Source of the DNA: Flectonema sp. DT1601 | Taxonomy: Eukaryota | NCBI GenBank assembly: GCA_964019425.1 | Contig: OZ025797.1 | Coordinates: forward strand, 744,001 to 808,000 | Reading direction: 5' to 3' | DNA: 64,000 nt | Shown here: positions 12,565 to 26,222 of the stretch, one piece after another | Layout: each line of letters opens with the position of its first letter | Numbering within the stretch: the first letter of the stretch is position 1 | Notes under the pieces: generated by a model | Databases searched by the model: none | Told to the model about the DNA's origin: nothing | Seen by the model: the letters and a program-made list of their open reading frames with translations, nothing else | Program-made: the position numbers and the translations under genes

Positions 12565-13440
12565 TGGAATTGCTAGTTTGTTGGGTTATGTTCGTAGCAG
12601 CTTCACGGTGACGGCGGCCTTATTGAGAATTATCCCTGGTTGTTACATGTTACGTAATGATTGGGTTCTCAAGACTGGTTGCTTGCTAATGTGAATGCTG
12701 ACGTTCGAACTGTTGTTCGTAGCAGCTTCACGGTGACGGCGGCCTTATTGAGAATTATCCCTGGTTGTTACATGTTACGTAATGATTGGGTTCTCAAGAC
12801 TGGTTGCTTGCTAATGTGAATGCTGACGTTCGAACTGTTATTCGTAGCAGCTTCACGGTGACGGCGGCCTTATTGAGAATTATCCCTGGTTGTTACATGT
12901 TGAAAGTTGCAGGTTAACTGTGGCTGATTCACGTAATGGTTGGGTTCTCAAGACTGGTTGTTTGCTAATGTGAATGCTGACGTTCGAACTGCCCCGACTT
13001 TCGAGTAGTTTCCTTTTCCGGCGTGTAACAATCCCGACTGACGAAAAAGGTTGGAGGAATTGCTAGTTTGTTGGGTTATATTCGTAGCAGCTTCACGGTG
13101 ACGGCGGCCTTACTGAGAATTATCCCTGGTTGTTACGTGTTGAAAGTCACAGGTTATAGCGTCAAAATAACACTCGCGTGGGTGGTTGCTCTCTTCGGAA
13201 AGCATAACTTCAGACCCGTCAATTCGCGGCGCTTATATCTACACACATTAATTAGTTGAACGAGTTCAAGTCACTTCCCTGCATAGCAGATCCGTGTCCT
13301 CTGTACTAACGCTATACTAAGTGTGACTGTGACTGATACACGTAATGGTTGGGTTCTTTAAGTACTCAGGACTGGTTGCTTGCTGATGTGAATGCTGACG
13401 TTCGAACTGCCCCGACTTTCGAGTAATTTCCTTTCCGACT
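12565..13440. repeat. Internal ~125-bp tandem/modular repeat
   Basis: TTCGTAGCAGCTTCACGGTGACGGCGGCCTTA... recurs at 12591, 12716, 12841 and 13081; a companion module (AATGCTGACGTTCGAACTG) recurs four times. Confidence 0.9.
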
Positions 13441-13966
13441 TAGGATGACGCAGCGTGGTGGGTGCCTTGGGATTTAATAAATAAAGCGGAAATAAAGGGG
13501 CTTTCCCACCCCCCTTTATTCCGCTTATTTCCCCTTTATTTCCCCTTTATTTTGGAAAAAAAGGAAAAAAAGCCCTTTATTTGGATTAAAAGCCCTTTAT
13601 TTCCCCTTTATTTTGGAATTACGGAAATTAAAGGGCATTAAAAGCCCTTTAATTTCCCCTTTATTTTGCCCCCTTTAAAGGGGTACAAGTATGGATAAAT
13701 ATTATTTATAATAACCTGATTCCATATTGCACTGCATAACACCGCGTAACGTAAGACATGTATGCGATACGTTAGAAGCATTCTTTTCGTTAACTGTCTC
13801 ATAAATTATTAGTTGTTTTTATCATTATAAATATGCTGAAACTATTCTCCTTCAGACAAATAAATCTGATGGGATCCTTAAGTAAAGTTAAAGTGTTTTT
13901 GGAAAAGTGTTTTTCGTTAGTCTATAACTCTATCCCAGCAGAGGTCCACTGACATAAAAAAAAATA

Positions 13967-14723
13967 ATGAATCACGTGACTCTCCCTGGCACCCCGCAAG
14001 GTATTGGAATACTTCCTGACTTGCAATCACTCGTATCGCAAGAAGTTATCACCGCAGGTGGTTCAGCATTGAGTGAAGCTTTATGGAAGGAGCTTCGAAA
14101 TGGAAACAGTCAACAAGGAGCTGTTGAGATGTATTTGAGTATAATATCTGCGATGTGTCCTCACGAGGTGGTCGTTGCAACAAAACCTCCCTCAGGTGTT
14201 GACGAAGCTTTGTGGCAACATGAATCAATGCGACACTATATCGCTGGATTAAATAAATTAGTTGTTCACTTAGCTGAAACATGCACGCCTCAGACGTGTC
14301 CAAAAATGACTGCAACTTCTGAGTGGCTATTCCTTTGCGCCTGTCATAAGACACCGCAAGAGGTATGTGTTACAATCCATTAAAAAAAAGAAAAAAAAAA
14401 AACGCATTTTTTCAACAACACATATAAAACAGTGTCCAGCAGTCGACTATGCTTTTCACACTCTTGATGGCGCAGCTACCGTTTTGCATTCATCGAAGTT
14501 CTTTTCGGAAAGAAAGGAACCTCCGGCGACGTTGTTTGCTAACATGATTAGAAGACTGTATCGGATATTCGCTCATGCGTGGCACCATCATAATTCATCT
14601 TTTATGGAATTCGAAGAAAAGACTAAACTGTGTGATCGCTTTGTTAGATTTTCGTTACACTTCAATCTGCTTCAAAAAGATATTCTTATGCCTTATCCGC
14701 AAATTGCAGTTGACGGAAGTTAA
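13967..14723 (+). CDS. MOB4: MOB kinase activator, phocein/MOB4-like; intron 14363-14432
   Basis: CTPQTCPKMTATSEWLFLCACHKTPQE|CPAVDYAFHTLDGA and RRLYRIFAHAW match the phocein pattern; 228 aa after splicing. Confidence 0.92.
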
Positions 14724-15600
14724 GTCTGCCTGTGTTATTTAAAATGGGAATTTAATTGCTATTATTTGTATTTTGTTGAGTTCGTTTTTGTTTATTCTAT
14801 TCACTCCACGCACCCTCCCCATCATCTTTGGCGAACATTTGGAAAAGACAAAATGTCTTTTCTGAGTGTAAAGTTTTTTAAGGTTTTGTTTGTATCGAAC
14901 TTCAACTGTGAAAAAAGGGGAAGAAAGGTATTTTTTTTCAAAACTAAAAATACTTTCAGAGAACTATAATGTTAGTAGCAACACACGTAATCACTTTTAG
15001 CCTCCATTGGGGGGGGGCCCCCCGTGGTTCAACGATTTTAGTCCACTTTTTTTTTTAAATTTTTTTAAAATATTTTTTTTTGTGGGGAAAAAAAAATAAA
15101 ATAAAACGCTCTCCATCAGGGTGTTTACTAACGGTACCTTTAGTCAGCTGTCATCATAAATTACTAATTGTTTAAATTAATTATCTTTGAAACACAAGAC
15201 ATTTTATATCAAATGATGTTTAGTACAAGGACTGTCAACTTTATACAAATCCTCCTTCTTCTTCTTTTTTTTTTTTTTGGTAATTTTCAAAACCTTTTCA
15301 CTCTTTTGGTCAGATTAGTTTAACTTTAAGGGCGGAGAAGAAACTATTCAGATTAAAAAACCGATCTTGCTTGTCATGCGACAGGATTCTGTCTGCGTTC
15401 AACCCAATACAAGGCCTATCTGCATGAATTCTATGAGTTAGTTGGATTGGCGGTTTCCCAAAACAAGGGACTGCAGGATAAGAACTAAGTTACTAAATAA
15501 ATCGGATTTACTGACTTGGCGAATAACTTTTGTTGAATTACGGCGACTACGGTTCGCTATGCACATTTTTTTGAATTCCGTATTTTATTTTATTTAACAT

Positions 15601-16372
15601 CATAGATGGAAGTGCCCTACAATTTGGAGGGCGTGTAGGGCGCTTGTAGGGCGCTTTTAATATAAATATTATTTTGGAGGGCGCTTTTTTTTACCTTTTT
15701 TATTACTATAAGACAGCTAAATTGACGTCGACTTACACTGACGCACAAGTATTTTGACGCAGAAGCCAAAAAAATTTTTGACATGCTTGGCAGTCTTTCG
15801 AAAAAGAGAAAAAAGGGTGTCACGGGGTTCGAACCCGAGACCTCCAGGTCATGGTTCGGAGGTCAACAATGGCAAAAACAATGGGCCACTCCTTGAGAGC
15901 TTCCGGAGCCTAGTGCAATCCCTGAAGCTGAAACTCATTTCAGTGGACGATGCATCCCAGATCTACAAGGAGCTGATTAGCCCGCAGAATGCACCGAGTC
16001 GAATATAGAGGGATTCGAGGAGGGAGAGAGTGCGTTCTTGCTAGCCTGTTAATAGGTCGGTCTTCACGGTACCTTGTGAGAAAAAAAAAGAAGTTTACTG
16101 GTGGCAAGTAAACTGATATCCCAGAGACGCATTTGATCGGGCGAACCGGAGAAAAGTCAAATAAGATGCGATTCGACCCTCGCTGAGGGCAGGGGTGTGT
16201 CAAAATGAGCTCGGCATTATATTAAATTTAATTAAAAAAGCGCCCTACGCGCCCTCCAGCGCCCTATTTTGGCCCTATTTTGGCCCTACAATGGCCCTAT
16301 TTTGGCCCTACAAATTTTTGTGGCTGATTTTCACCAGGCGCCCTCCAAATTTGGAGGGCACTTCCATCTATG
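15601..16372. mobile_element. MITE-like TIR element with 6-bp TSD
   Basis: TIR CATAGATGGAAGTGCCCT(A/C)CAA.TTTGGAGGGCG at both ends; TAACAT duplicated (15595-15600, 16373-16378); internal tRNA-like 3' half at ~15815-15862 on -. Confidence 0.9.
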
Positions 16373-16616
16373 TAACATAATATTTCTTTTTTGTGAAGAA
16401 TGTCATTATTACGGTGTTGGAATAAAGATGATTAGTAACTGCGGGTGACTCTTTACATTTGATAACAATACGATTTGCAGTACTTTGTTTGTTTCTTCAT
16501 GTGGTTGCGTGGCATCGAAAACAGATACCCCTCCGCGACCCTTTCTTTAAGTTTAGGTACCCTTGCGTTGATAAATTATAATATCTTATCCCTCAGGAAA
16601 GCAAAAACCGTTGACA

Positions 16617-19600
16617 ATGACAGCAACAAGCCGAGTGCTTGTTGCAACTCTCGTTGTACTACTCAGCAGCAACTGTTTTGCACAGACATGCACCGACAAT
16701 AATAATGTACCTGGTCAGTGCATTGATACTTCTTCTTGTACGGGTACAACAACAGCAGGACTGTGTCCTGGAGCATCAAATATTCAATGTTGTACTTACG
16801 GGACTTGTAGAGCAAATGGTGTTTCTGGTAATTGCGTTACTACTACTCAATGTACTCAACAAACTACTTCAGGATTATGTGCAGGTCCTACAGGTATCCA
16901 GTGCTGTACTGGTTATGGAACTTGTACTGCTAATGGAGTGCAGGGTAACTGTGTTTCAAGTTCGTCGTGTTCCGGTTTCACAACTTCAGGTCTATGTCCG
17001 GGACCTTCCTCAATCACTTGCTGCACAGCGACTGCACCAGTAACTTCTTGCACAGCAAACGGAGTTCGAGGAACTTGTATTAGCACGTCGCAGTGTACTG
17101 GCACCTCCACTGCAGGACTCTGTGCAGGTGCGGCAGACATTCAATGTTGTACTATAGGAGCACCTCCAACGCCACCTCCAACGCCACCTCCAACACCACG
17201 TCCAACACCACGTCCAGCACCTCCATCAACACCTGTTCCACCACCTGCAACGTCTTGCACGGCAAGCGGAGTTCAAGGAACTTGTATTAGCACGTCGCAG
17301 TGTACTGGTACCTCCACTGCAGGACTCTGTGCAGGTGCGGCAGACATTCAATGTTGTACTATAGGAGCACCTCCATCAACACCTGTTCCACCACCTGCAA
17401 CGTCTTGCACGGCAAACGGAGTTCAAGGAACTTGTATTAGCACGTCGCAGTGTACTGGCACCTCCACTGCAGGACTCTGTGCTGGTGCGGCAAGTATTCA
17501 ATGTTGTACTATAGGAGCACCTCCAACGCCACCTCCAACGCCACCTCCAACACCACGTCCAACACCTCCATCAACACCTGTTCCACCACCTGCAACGTCT
17601 TGCACGGCAAGCGGAGTTCAAGGAACTTGTATTAGCACGTCGCAGTGTACTGGTACCTCCACTGCAGGACTCTGTGCAGGTGCGGCAGACATTCAATGTT
17701 GTACTATAGGAGCACCTCCAACGCCACCTCCAACGCCACCTCCAACACCACGTCCAACACCTCCATCAACACCTGTTCCACCACCTGCAACGTCTTGCAC
17801 GGCAAACGGAGTTCAAGGAACTTGTATTAGCACGTCGCAGTGTACTGGTACCTCCACTGCAGGACTCTGTGCAGGTGCGGCAAGTATTCAATGTTGTACT
17901 ATAGGAGCACCTCCATCAACACCTGTTCCACCACCTGCAACGTCTTGCACGGCAAGCGGAGTTCAAGGAACTTGTATTAGCACGTCGCAGTGTACTGGTA
18001 CCTCCACTGCAGGACTCTGTGCAGGTGCGGCAGACATTCAATGTTGTACTATAGGAGCACCTCCATCAACACCTGTTCCACCACCTGCAACGTCTTGCAC
18101 GGCAAACGGAGTTCAAGGAACTTGTATTAGCACGTCGCAGTGTACTGGCACCTCCACTGCAGGACTCTGTGCTGGTGCGGCAAGTATTCAATGTTGTACT
18201 ATAGGAGCACCTCCAACGCCACCTCCAACACCACGTCCAACACCTCCATCAACACCTGTTCCACCACCTGCAACGTCTTGCACGGCAAGCGGAGTTCAAG
18301 GAACTTGTATTAGCACGTCGCAGTGTACTGGCACCTCCACTGCAGGACTCTGTGCAGGTGCGGCAAGTATTCAATGTTGTACTATAGGAGCACCTCCATC
18401 AACACCTGTTCCACCACCTGCAACGTCTTGCACGGCAAGCGGAGTTCAAGGAACTTGTATTAGCACGTCGCAGTGTACTGGCACCTCCACTGCAGGACTC
18501 TGTGCAGGTGCGGCAAGTATTCAATGTTGTACTATAGGAGCACCTCCATCAACACCTGTTCCACCACCTGCAACGTCTTGCACGGCAAACGGAATTCAAG
18601 GAACTTGTATTAGCACGTCGCAGTGTACTGGCACCTCCACTGCAGGACTCTGTGCAGGTGCGGCAGACATTCAGTGTTGCACGTCTGTACCTGCACCACA
18701 AGTACCCCCAAAATCAACAGGTGATGTTCCATATCCAGGTATTGTTTTAATTAAGAAATACGAAGGCTTAGAATTAAAAGCCTATCCTGATCCTCTATCA
18801 GGAGGCAAACCAATAACAATCGGTTACGGGTCGACACGTAAACTAGATGGTAGCGAATGGTACCTTGGCGAAAGTATAAGTAGCACCCAAGCTGAAGAGT
18901 TGTTGATTACACAGTGCAGGGATGAGTTTGTTTCGAGTCTCGAAAAGATACCAACCTGGGATAGCATGGATGATAATCAAAAGGGTGCTGTGCTTTCGTT
19001 TGCCTATAACTTGGGAGCAAAATTTTACGGTAAGATTCCTAACTTTCGAAGTATCAGCAGACTATTAGGTCAGGAGCAATTAAAGTGGGATGACTGCGCG
19101 TACGTTGATAGCATATTCGTTCTTTATAGAAATCCTGGCTCTTCAGTTGAGGCTGGTCTGAGAAAGAGAAGGGAGGAAGAAGCATCTTTATTTTGTGGTG
19201 GTACTTCAAGTGGGACTCCGCCAGCGTCACCACCCTTGATATGCACTGCGAGTGGGGTTTCAGGAACTTGCATTAGAATCTCAAAGTGTATGGGTACTTC
19301 TACCCCCGGCCTTTGTGCTGGTGCTGCCGACATACAATGTTGCACCTCTTCTGGAGCTTCTCCTGCAACTTCTTGCACTGCAAACGGAATTCAAGGAACT
19401 TGTATTAGCACGTCGCAGTGTACTGGCACCTCCACTGCAGGACTCTGTGCAGGTGCGGCAGACATTCAGTGTTGCACGTCTGTACCTGCACCACAAGTAC
19501 CCCCAAAATCAACAGGTGATGTTCCATATCCAGGTATTGTTTTAATTAAGAAATACGAAGGCTTAGAATTAAAAGCCTATCCTGATCCTCTATCAGGAGG

Positions 19601-22600
19601 CAAACCAATAACAATCGGTTACGGGTCGACACGTAAACTAGATGGTAGTGAATGGTACCTTGGCGAAAGTATAAGTAGCACCCAAGCTGAAGAGTTGTTG
19701 ATTACACAGTGCAGGGATGAGTTTGTTTCGAGTCTCGAAAAGATACCAACCTGGGATAGCATGGATGATAATCAAAAGGGTGCTGTGCTTTCGTTTGCCT
19801 ATAACTTGGGAGCAAAATTTTACGGTAAGATTCCTAACTTTCGAAGTATCAGCAGACTATTAGGTCAGGAGCAATTAAAGTGGAATGACTGCGCGTACGT
19901 TGATAGCATATTCGTTCTTTATAGAAATCCTGGCTCTTCAGTTGAGGCTGGTCTGAGAAAGAGAAGGGAGGAAGAAGCATCTTTATTCTGCAGCGGTTCG
20001 GGGTCACCGCCGTCATCTGGAGGCGCTTGTTCACTGAACAGCTCGCCAGGAAAATGTCAGGACCAGTCATCATGTGCAGGTATCAGCGGGACTTCGTCTC
20101 AGTGTTTAGGTTCTGAGAAGTGTTGCATTCCCGACTACGGGACCTGCACATCAAATAATGTTCCCGGACTCTGTATCAGTTCCTCCCAGTGTTCTGGTAC
20201 TACTACATCTAACTTGTGTCCAGGGCCAGCTGGTATTAAATGTTGTACCTCAACTTGTGCCTTATCGTCTAACAGCCTTTCTGGTACGTGTATGCCTCGG
20301 CAGAAATGTCCTGGCGTTGCAACAGATTCCGGCTGCACTGGTTCTAACAGTTGCTGTACTGCTGACTACGGAACTTGTTCAGGAGGAAGTTGTATAAGCA
20401 CATCGTTGTGTAAGGGAACAACAGTAGCTGGGAAGTGTTCAGGACCAGCAGACGTAATGTGTTGTGTTGGAAGTGCTGCGTCACCTGTTAGTCCTGTTGG
20501 TAGTAATGTTGATATTCCTTATCCGGGTGTTGAACTTATTAAGAAATACGAGGGACTGAGGCTCTCTGCTTATCCAGACCCAAAAACAAATGGACCTCCG
20601 ATAACAATTGGTTACGGCAGCACTCGTAAACTTGATGGAAGTTCTTGGTTACTTGGTGACTCTATCACTGAATCTGAAGCTGAAGAGCTCCTGAACACTC
20701 AAATCGGCTCCGAGTTCCTCCCTCCACTGACGTCTTCAATTCCAACCTGGCAGGACCTGTCTGCAAACCAAAAGGGAGCTATTCTTAGTTTCAGTTACAA
20801 CCTCGGAGCTTACTTTTACGAAAAGACTGATGGGTCATTTGACACCATCAAATCAATGTTAAAAGACAACAAAGCTAAGTGGAGCGATGTTGACTATGTG
20901 GTTAGTGTTTTTGTACTTTACAGTAGCCCGGGAACTGCAGTTGAGGCTGGATTAAGAAGAAGGAGAGAAGAGGAGGGAAGATTGTTCGCAAATGCGGACA
21001 TGCCTTCTGTTCAAACGGTAAAGGCTACATCAGTACCTGAGAGTCCACAACCAGGAGTTGGATTAGATGATTTAGAATCGTGTGATTCTGATGGAGGTTG
21101 TAAATCTGGTAAGTGCACGAGGTCTGATTGTGCTTCCGGCATTGGTTGTGGTCGGTGTGAACCAGAAATTGGATGGCCATTAAACCAAGCATGTATAACA
21201 TCAGATTGCCAGCAATCAGCATACTGCAGTTGTGGCTACGGTCTACTCCCATGTACCTCACCAGGAGTCTGTCTGCACTGTCCATGGGAATGTGAAAGGA
21301 ACCAAAAACAAGTAATGCTAAGAGGTGCTGGATGCTTCCGAACTCAATTTGGAAACCAGTGCGGCACTCAGTTAAAAGATTTACAAATAAAAGCAAAAGA
21401 AAAGTCCGATTCCGCCATTGCAATATTAGAAAAGGTAGCTGACTGTAGTCCTGGATTGAAGAAGCTGTTTCAGTGTGGCAAATCTTTTCTCCAGAAGGGG
21501 GAATGTGACATGACCACATCTTGTGTGTTTACGATGACTTGCATAACATTAGAAGAAATCGTGGGGGCTTACAATTTTAAATCCACATCAGGACCTGTGA
21601 CTATTGAAGGTAAAGCCTCTCTTACGGGAGACGTTTCTATCTCTGGAGACATTGTGACTGGTGATTACACTGTTGAGATACCAAAGGGTCACTTATCTCT
21701 GCATGGTAAAGTTTCTCTTGATTGGAGTAAAACTAAATCGGTATCTCAAAGATTTCTACTGACAGACGGTCTTCGCAGCTGCAATGACCCACTCGAGTTG
21801 AAGGGCCGTTGTAAACCATTCCGTAAGACATTTGTAGTTGCAGGTAGTCCAATTCCGTTGGTTTTATTAGTAGAAGTTCAAGCATTTGCACAAGTTGAAA
21901 TGGAGAAAGTAAAAGGAAGTCTATTCGCTTCATTAGAGTTGGATGTCGACATGCCGTTCGACGCGATCATCAACAACATTAAATCAGGCACATTCAATAT
22001 AAATGATGTCAAGGCGACCCTCCGACCATACCTTGATGTGTCATCAAGTGTTGAGATTAATAGTGCCTTAAGTATTGGTGTTGAAATAAAAGTCTACATT
22101 GATGGATTCCCAGTGTCTGTGTCACCTGTTGCGAAAATACTCTCTTCTATTAAAGCTGAAAAGAACCCCGCAGACAATTGCATTACAGGTTCACAAGCAG
22201 TTGGGTTGGGATTCGATCTCCAGTACAAAATTGGAAATTTCGATTTCTTAGATCCTAAATTCTCATTACACGAACTCTGCGAACAAGCTGATTGTATAGT
22301 ATTAAAGGAAGCCTGTTTGTTGCTGAATGATGCTTATGACATGGCAAACGCTGTAACTGATGGGCGACTAGACTCAGCCGGTCGAAAAATTAAAAAATTC
22401 TTGGCCGAGAAACAGAAGGAAGGCACAATTGAAGTCTACGAGCCTAAAATGAAGCAAATTGGAAGCTTCTGCATCCCTCCAACGGGTAACTTCTTTGAGA
22501 GAGCAAAGGAATTGGGAATGTCATCGCGGATGTTAAGTTTTATGAAGCGTACCGCTACTAATATTAAAATTCTTTTTAGTGATCCTCCTGCAAACGTAGT

Positions 22601-25065
22601 GAGACCCAATCTACCTTCCCCTTCTACACCAACGACTTCAACGACAGATGTTAATTACGGAAATTGTGAAAACGGATATGGAGTCTGTCTTACTAAAGGT
22701 ACTTGCAGTCAAAAGTCAGCATTAGTGGGATTTGAGCTGACAGTCAAAAACGGCTGCATCAGTGCTGCAGAATGTTGTGTTCCAAAGAATGGAGGAATGC
22801 TAGTTCAGCCTCCTTCATATGTGTTGTCTGGTAAATCATTTTCGCCGTTGAGTTTGGCAGTTCTGTCTGCAGTTGCGAGTTCAGTACAGCTCCCTGGAAA
22901 TTACGAATTCCTAAAAGACGAATGGCAAGTTCTATCTACTGGATCATTAGCAACAGCATTCGGTCATTCGTCAACTGGTCTGATTGTTATCGCTTTCGCT
23001 GGTGGAAACACTGAAGACTACGCCGTCTCTGAGGAAGTTGAGGAGAAGTTTCAAATGGCTGATTTCTTTGTTGTCAAAATGATGCAACAGCACCACCCTA
23101 CGTACAAGTATTTAATTTTTACGGGTCACTCCATGGGAGCAGCATTGGCAGAAACATTAGCTGTGAAGTGGGTTACTAAAGCAATTACCTTTGAGTCCCC
23201 TGGGTCATCGGAAGTGATAAGTAATGCTGTTTCTTTAACAAATTATTTAGAAGCAGAATACGAATTCTCATCATCAGCTGCTGTTGATGCCAAACAACTC
23301 CTGACTGTGTATGTCAACTCACCTAATTGGGTTAATCAAAAAGCTGTTCAAAGTTCTCAAAGTGTCATTCGAGTGTTTACATTTTTTGGAGCAGCATCAC
23401 TAGTCGGAAGACAAGGCTTCAGATCCTTCAGTTGGTATGACCAACACCCAATTGGAAGAATGTTAGCTGCTTTTGACATCGACAGCCGCTATCCAATCTC
23501 ATCGTCTACTTATGAGACGAAGTCATGGCCTGTTGTGGGTTCGCAATGTTCTGGAATTACATTCTTTTTATCTTTTGAAGACAATACGGCGTACTATCAC
23601 GCTCAGCGTCCATTTAATGATAAGCAAATCACCTCTCCACAAATATCAAACCATCTTGGGTTGTTGGGTCTCTCTAGAATGGATTCTCTTGAAGTGGAAC
23701 GCGATGCTCTCATCACTTGGAAGCAAACTTCTTCAATCACAAGTCGTGTTGCCTGCACTGGTCGGGGTATCTCAATTGTGAGTTCTGTTCCTGCGATTGT
23801 GTGGGGAACTACGAACTTTGCTGATTCTATTTCGACTGGTATGTGTATTATTATTTATTATTATGCATCCTTTAAAAAAAAAAAATTCAAAAAAAATATA
23901 ACAACACACAGGACGTGGTGATGACATCGTGTACGTGTACGGCGGAGACGACATCATCCACGATGAGGGAGGTAATGATGTATATCTGTTGCCATATGAA
24001 TCCTGGGGTCGTACAGAAATCACAGACATTGGTGGTGTTGGAACCATACTGTCTGGCATCATTCCAATCCGTGGAGAGATTTGCCTAATCGATAATCAAT
24101 GCGCTGTACTTGACTACAGTAATGGTGATATCCGTGCTAGTGCACAGTTCTGTTTGTTTATGGAGGAGCATGATTTAATTATCTTAACAATCGAAAATGT
24201 GTTGAATTCCTACAGACAAGGACACCAAGCAACCCTCCCTGATACGAACACCGTAGAAGACTACCTGCGAATTAAGAATTTCCAAACTGGTGACTTCGGT
24301 ATTACAATAATGTGTACAACTCAACAGAAACAACAACAGCAGTACATTAATTCTAACAACGCAAATGTCTGCTCTGGAAGTGCGACATCTTGTGCAGTGA
24401 CACCTGACTACGAAGCAACTCAGCTGAATGTTCCTCTTGGAAAACAAGTTGACATTCACAACAACGTTGTACCAACAAACAGAAAATACGTATTAAACCC
24501 TTCTTCAACAACAAAAAGTAGGATTACAACACTAGCTGTATCATCACCATATGTTAATGTGTTTGGAGTACGAGATGGTGATACTGTTGAAGCAGGCAGT
24601 TCTGATGTTGTTATCACACAAGACGGAACATCATGTAAGTGGACTGATGAAGGTACACAAGTTCAATTATTATCTGATTATCATGGAGATTCTGAAATTA
24701 TTGAGTGTTCACTCAAAGGTAATATTATCTCTGTTACGAGTTCTCCACTCCCGTCGGTTCCTTGGGACACTCCAGAGCCTTCATCTGGTGATGCAAATAT
24801 GACTGTTTCTCCTCCTACGTCATCACCAACTTTGGTTAGTGATAAAGATACTGACAGTAGCAGTAGTAGTAGTACGGTGTTGAATGTCATAATCATCGGA
24901 TCTGTGTTAGGACTTATCGGACTATATTTTTATTATAAACGCAGAACTACAAAACGTAATACCGCATGCGCTGAATTTGATACTTTTAGTTCTAAATCAG
25001 ATAATCTTCCTCTTCATGAGTTCGATCCAGTTCGAAGACCTTCAGTCACCCTTCACAGGATATGA
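16617..25065 (+). CDS. ~2790-aa type I membrane protein: signal peptide, many Cys-rich repeats, 3 GH24 lysozyme domains, class-3 lipase-like domain, RTX-like repeats, TM; intron 23839-23911
   Basis: N-terminal hydrophobic leader. LIKKYEGL.L.AYPDP...ITIGYGS ... GL..RR.EE occurs three times. GHSMG nucleophile elbow. A phase-1 intron joins the 23912-25065 exon in frame, giving G.GDD/GGDD/GGND repeats and a TM (VLNVIIIGSVLGLIGLYFYYKRR). Confidence 0.88.
17040..18690 (+). repeat. Intragenic tandem array of Cys-rich modules (SCTAxGVQGTCISTSQCTGTSTAGLCAGAAxIQCC) with Pro/Thr linkers
   Basis: About ten near-identical units of 150 bp or longer, with variable PTPP linkers. Confidence 0.95.
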
Positions 25066-25445
25066 TATTTAAGAAGTGGTACTGAGTTTATTATATTACG
25101 TGTTGGTATCATTTCGAGGTTGTTTTTCCTTCTTGCGACGTGACTTGAAATACGGATATGATAACAATCCCTTCTTTTCTGAAATGGGTTTTTTCACTTT
25201 GTCAGTTGCGTATTTTTTGTCTTGTTTCTTTTTTCATTGTTTCTTGTCAAGTGTAACAACGATAACAACAAAAAAAAAACGATACTTTTAACTTCGGAAG
25301 GAGTTGATTCTCTTTCAGTTCTTAGATAACAACGAAGAAAAGTTAAAAAACCAAATTAGGCTGTAAATCGCCATCTCCTCCTCTTTTGCTACTCTGTAGG
25401 TTTGCTATCTGTATTTTGGGTTTGAAGATTAGGCTCTTTATATAT

Positions 25446-26222
25446 CAGTCATTCCTTTTTTTTGCGAACAAAAAACACCATTTTCTCACCGCCTGAGCAA
25501 GGTTACACGATATGTTACTTTTGCTCGATTTTTTATTTTTTGGAATCGGGGAGGGTGCGATCTGTAAAATTAGGCATAGGGATATACTTTTAAACATGGT
25601 AAGTGCTGCTAAAAAGAGATAAACGTCTCTTTGCAAAATTTCCTTGGTACTACTCAATGATAAATATTAATCCCAGACCTGGAATGGAAAGATCGAGAAA
25701 ATCTGAGTAAAAAACACCCCTAATTTTTTTTTTTCCACTATTTTTTCCCCCTTCTCCCGCACTCAAGAGATATGCACCTTTTTACTAACAAATCAACCCT
25801 AGTAGCAATTATGTAAGGAAAATGTTGCATCTGTGGTGGTGATAATGATCATTAAGTATCAAAGTAGGTCCAAAAAGACAGGTAGTAACAATCTGCCTCA
25901 CCGGCACATGCTTAGTACTCTTTAATATATTTTTGCTCGATTATTTTTTCTCTGGATCCCGCTGGACCGGCAGTGTAAAATTAGACCCTTCGATTAATTT
26001 TTAGTTTTGGTACTTGTCCACGGCTGAGCTGATTTAGTAGACCACAAAATCTCTTTTCTCGATTCAGGTGACAAGTATGTGATGCCAACCTCCCGATTTC
26101 GGACAGAAATGAACCCAACGATGCAGCGCATTAAAATGCCGCTTCGATCGAAATTTTTACCATTTTTTTTTGAAAAAAATTTTCATTGTCCAGAATTTGT
26201 TCGCAAAAAAAAGGAATGACTG
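25446..26222. mobile_element. MITE-like TIR element
   Basis: ~27-bp TIR CAGTCATTCCTTTTTTTTGCGAACAAA with ATAT on both flanks (TA or AT target ambiguous); non-coding interior. Confidence 0.85.

Larger units (their letters stand above)
10731..13693. mobile_element. Non-autonomous TIR DNA element with 6-bp TSD
   Basis: Perfect 24-bp TIR CATACTTGTACCCCTTTAAAGGGG, GATAAA flanking both ends, ~200 bp of subterminal AATAAAGGG motifs in inverted orientation, no transposase ORF. Confidence 0.85.

Noticed and set aside
12565..13440. Possible CRISPR-like array
   Set aside because: Units are long tandem duplicates without unique spacers, the context is eukaryotic and there are no cas genes.
16617..21000. 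Prophage or bacterial contamination as the source of the lysozymes
   Set aside because: The domains are embedded in an intron-containing gene with signal peptide and TM among eukaryotic genes.
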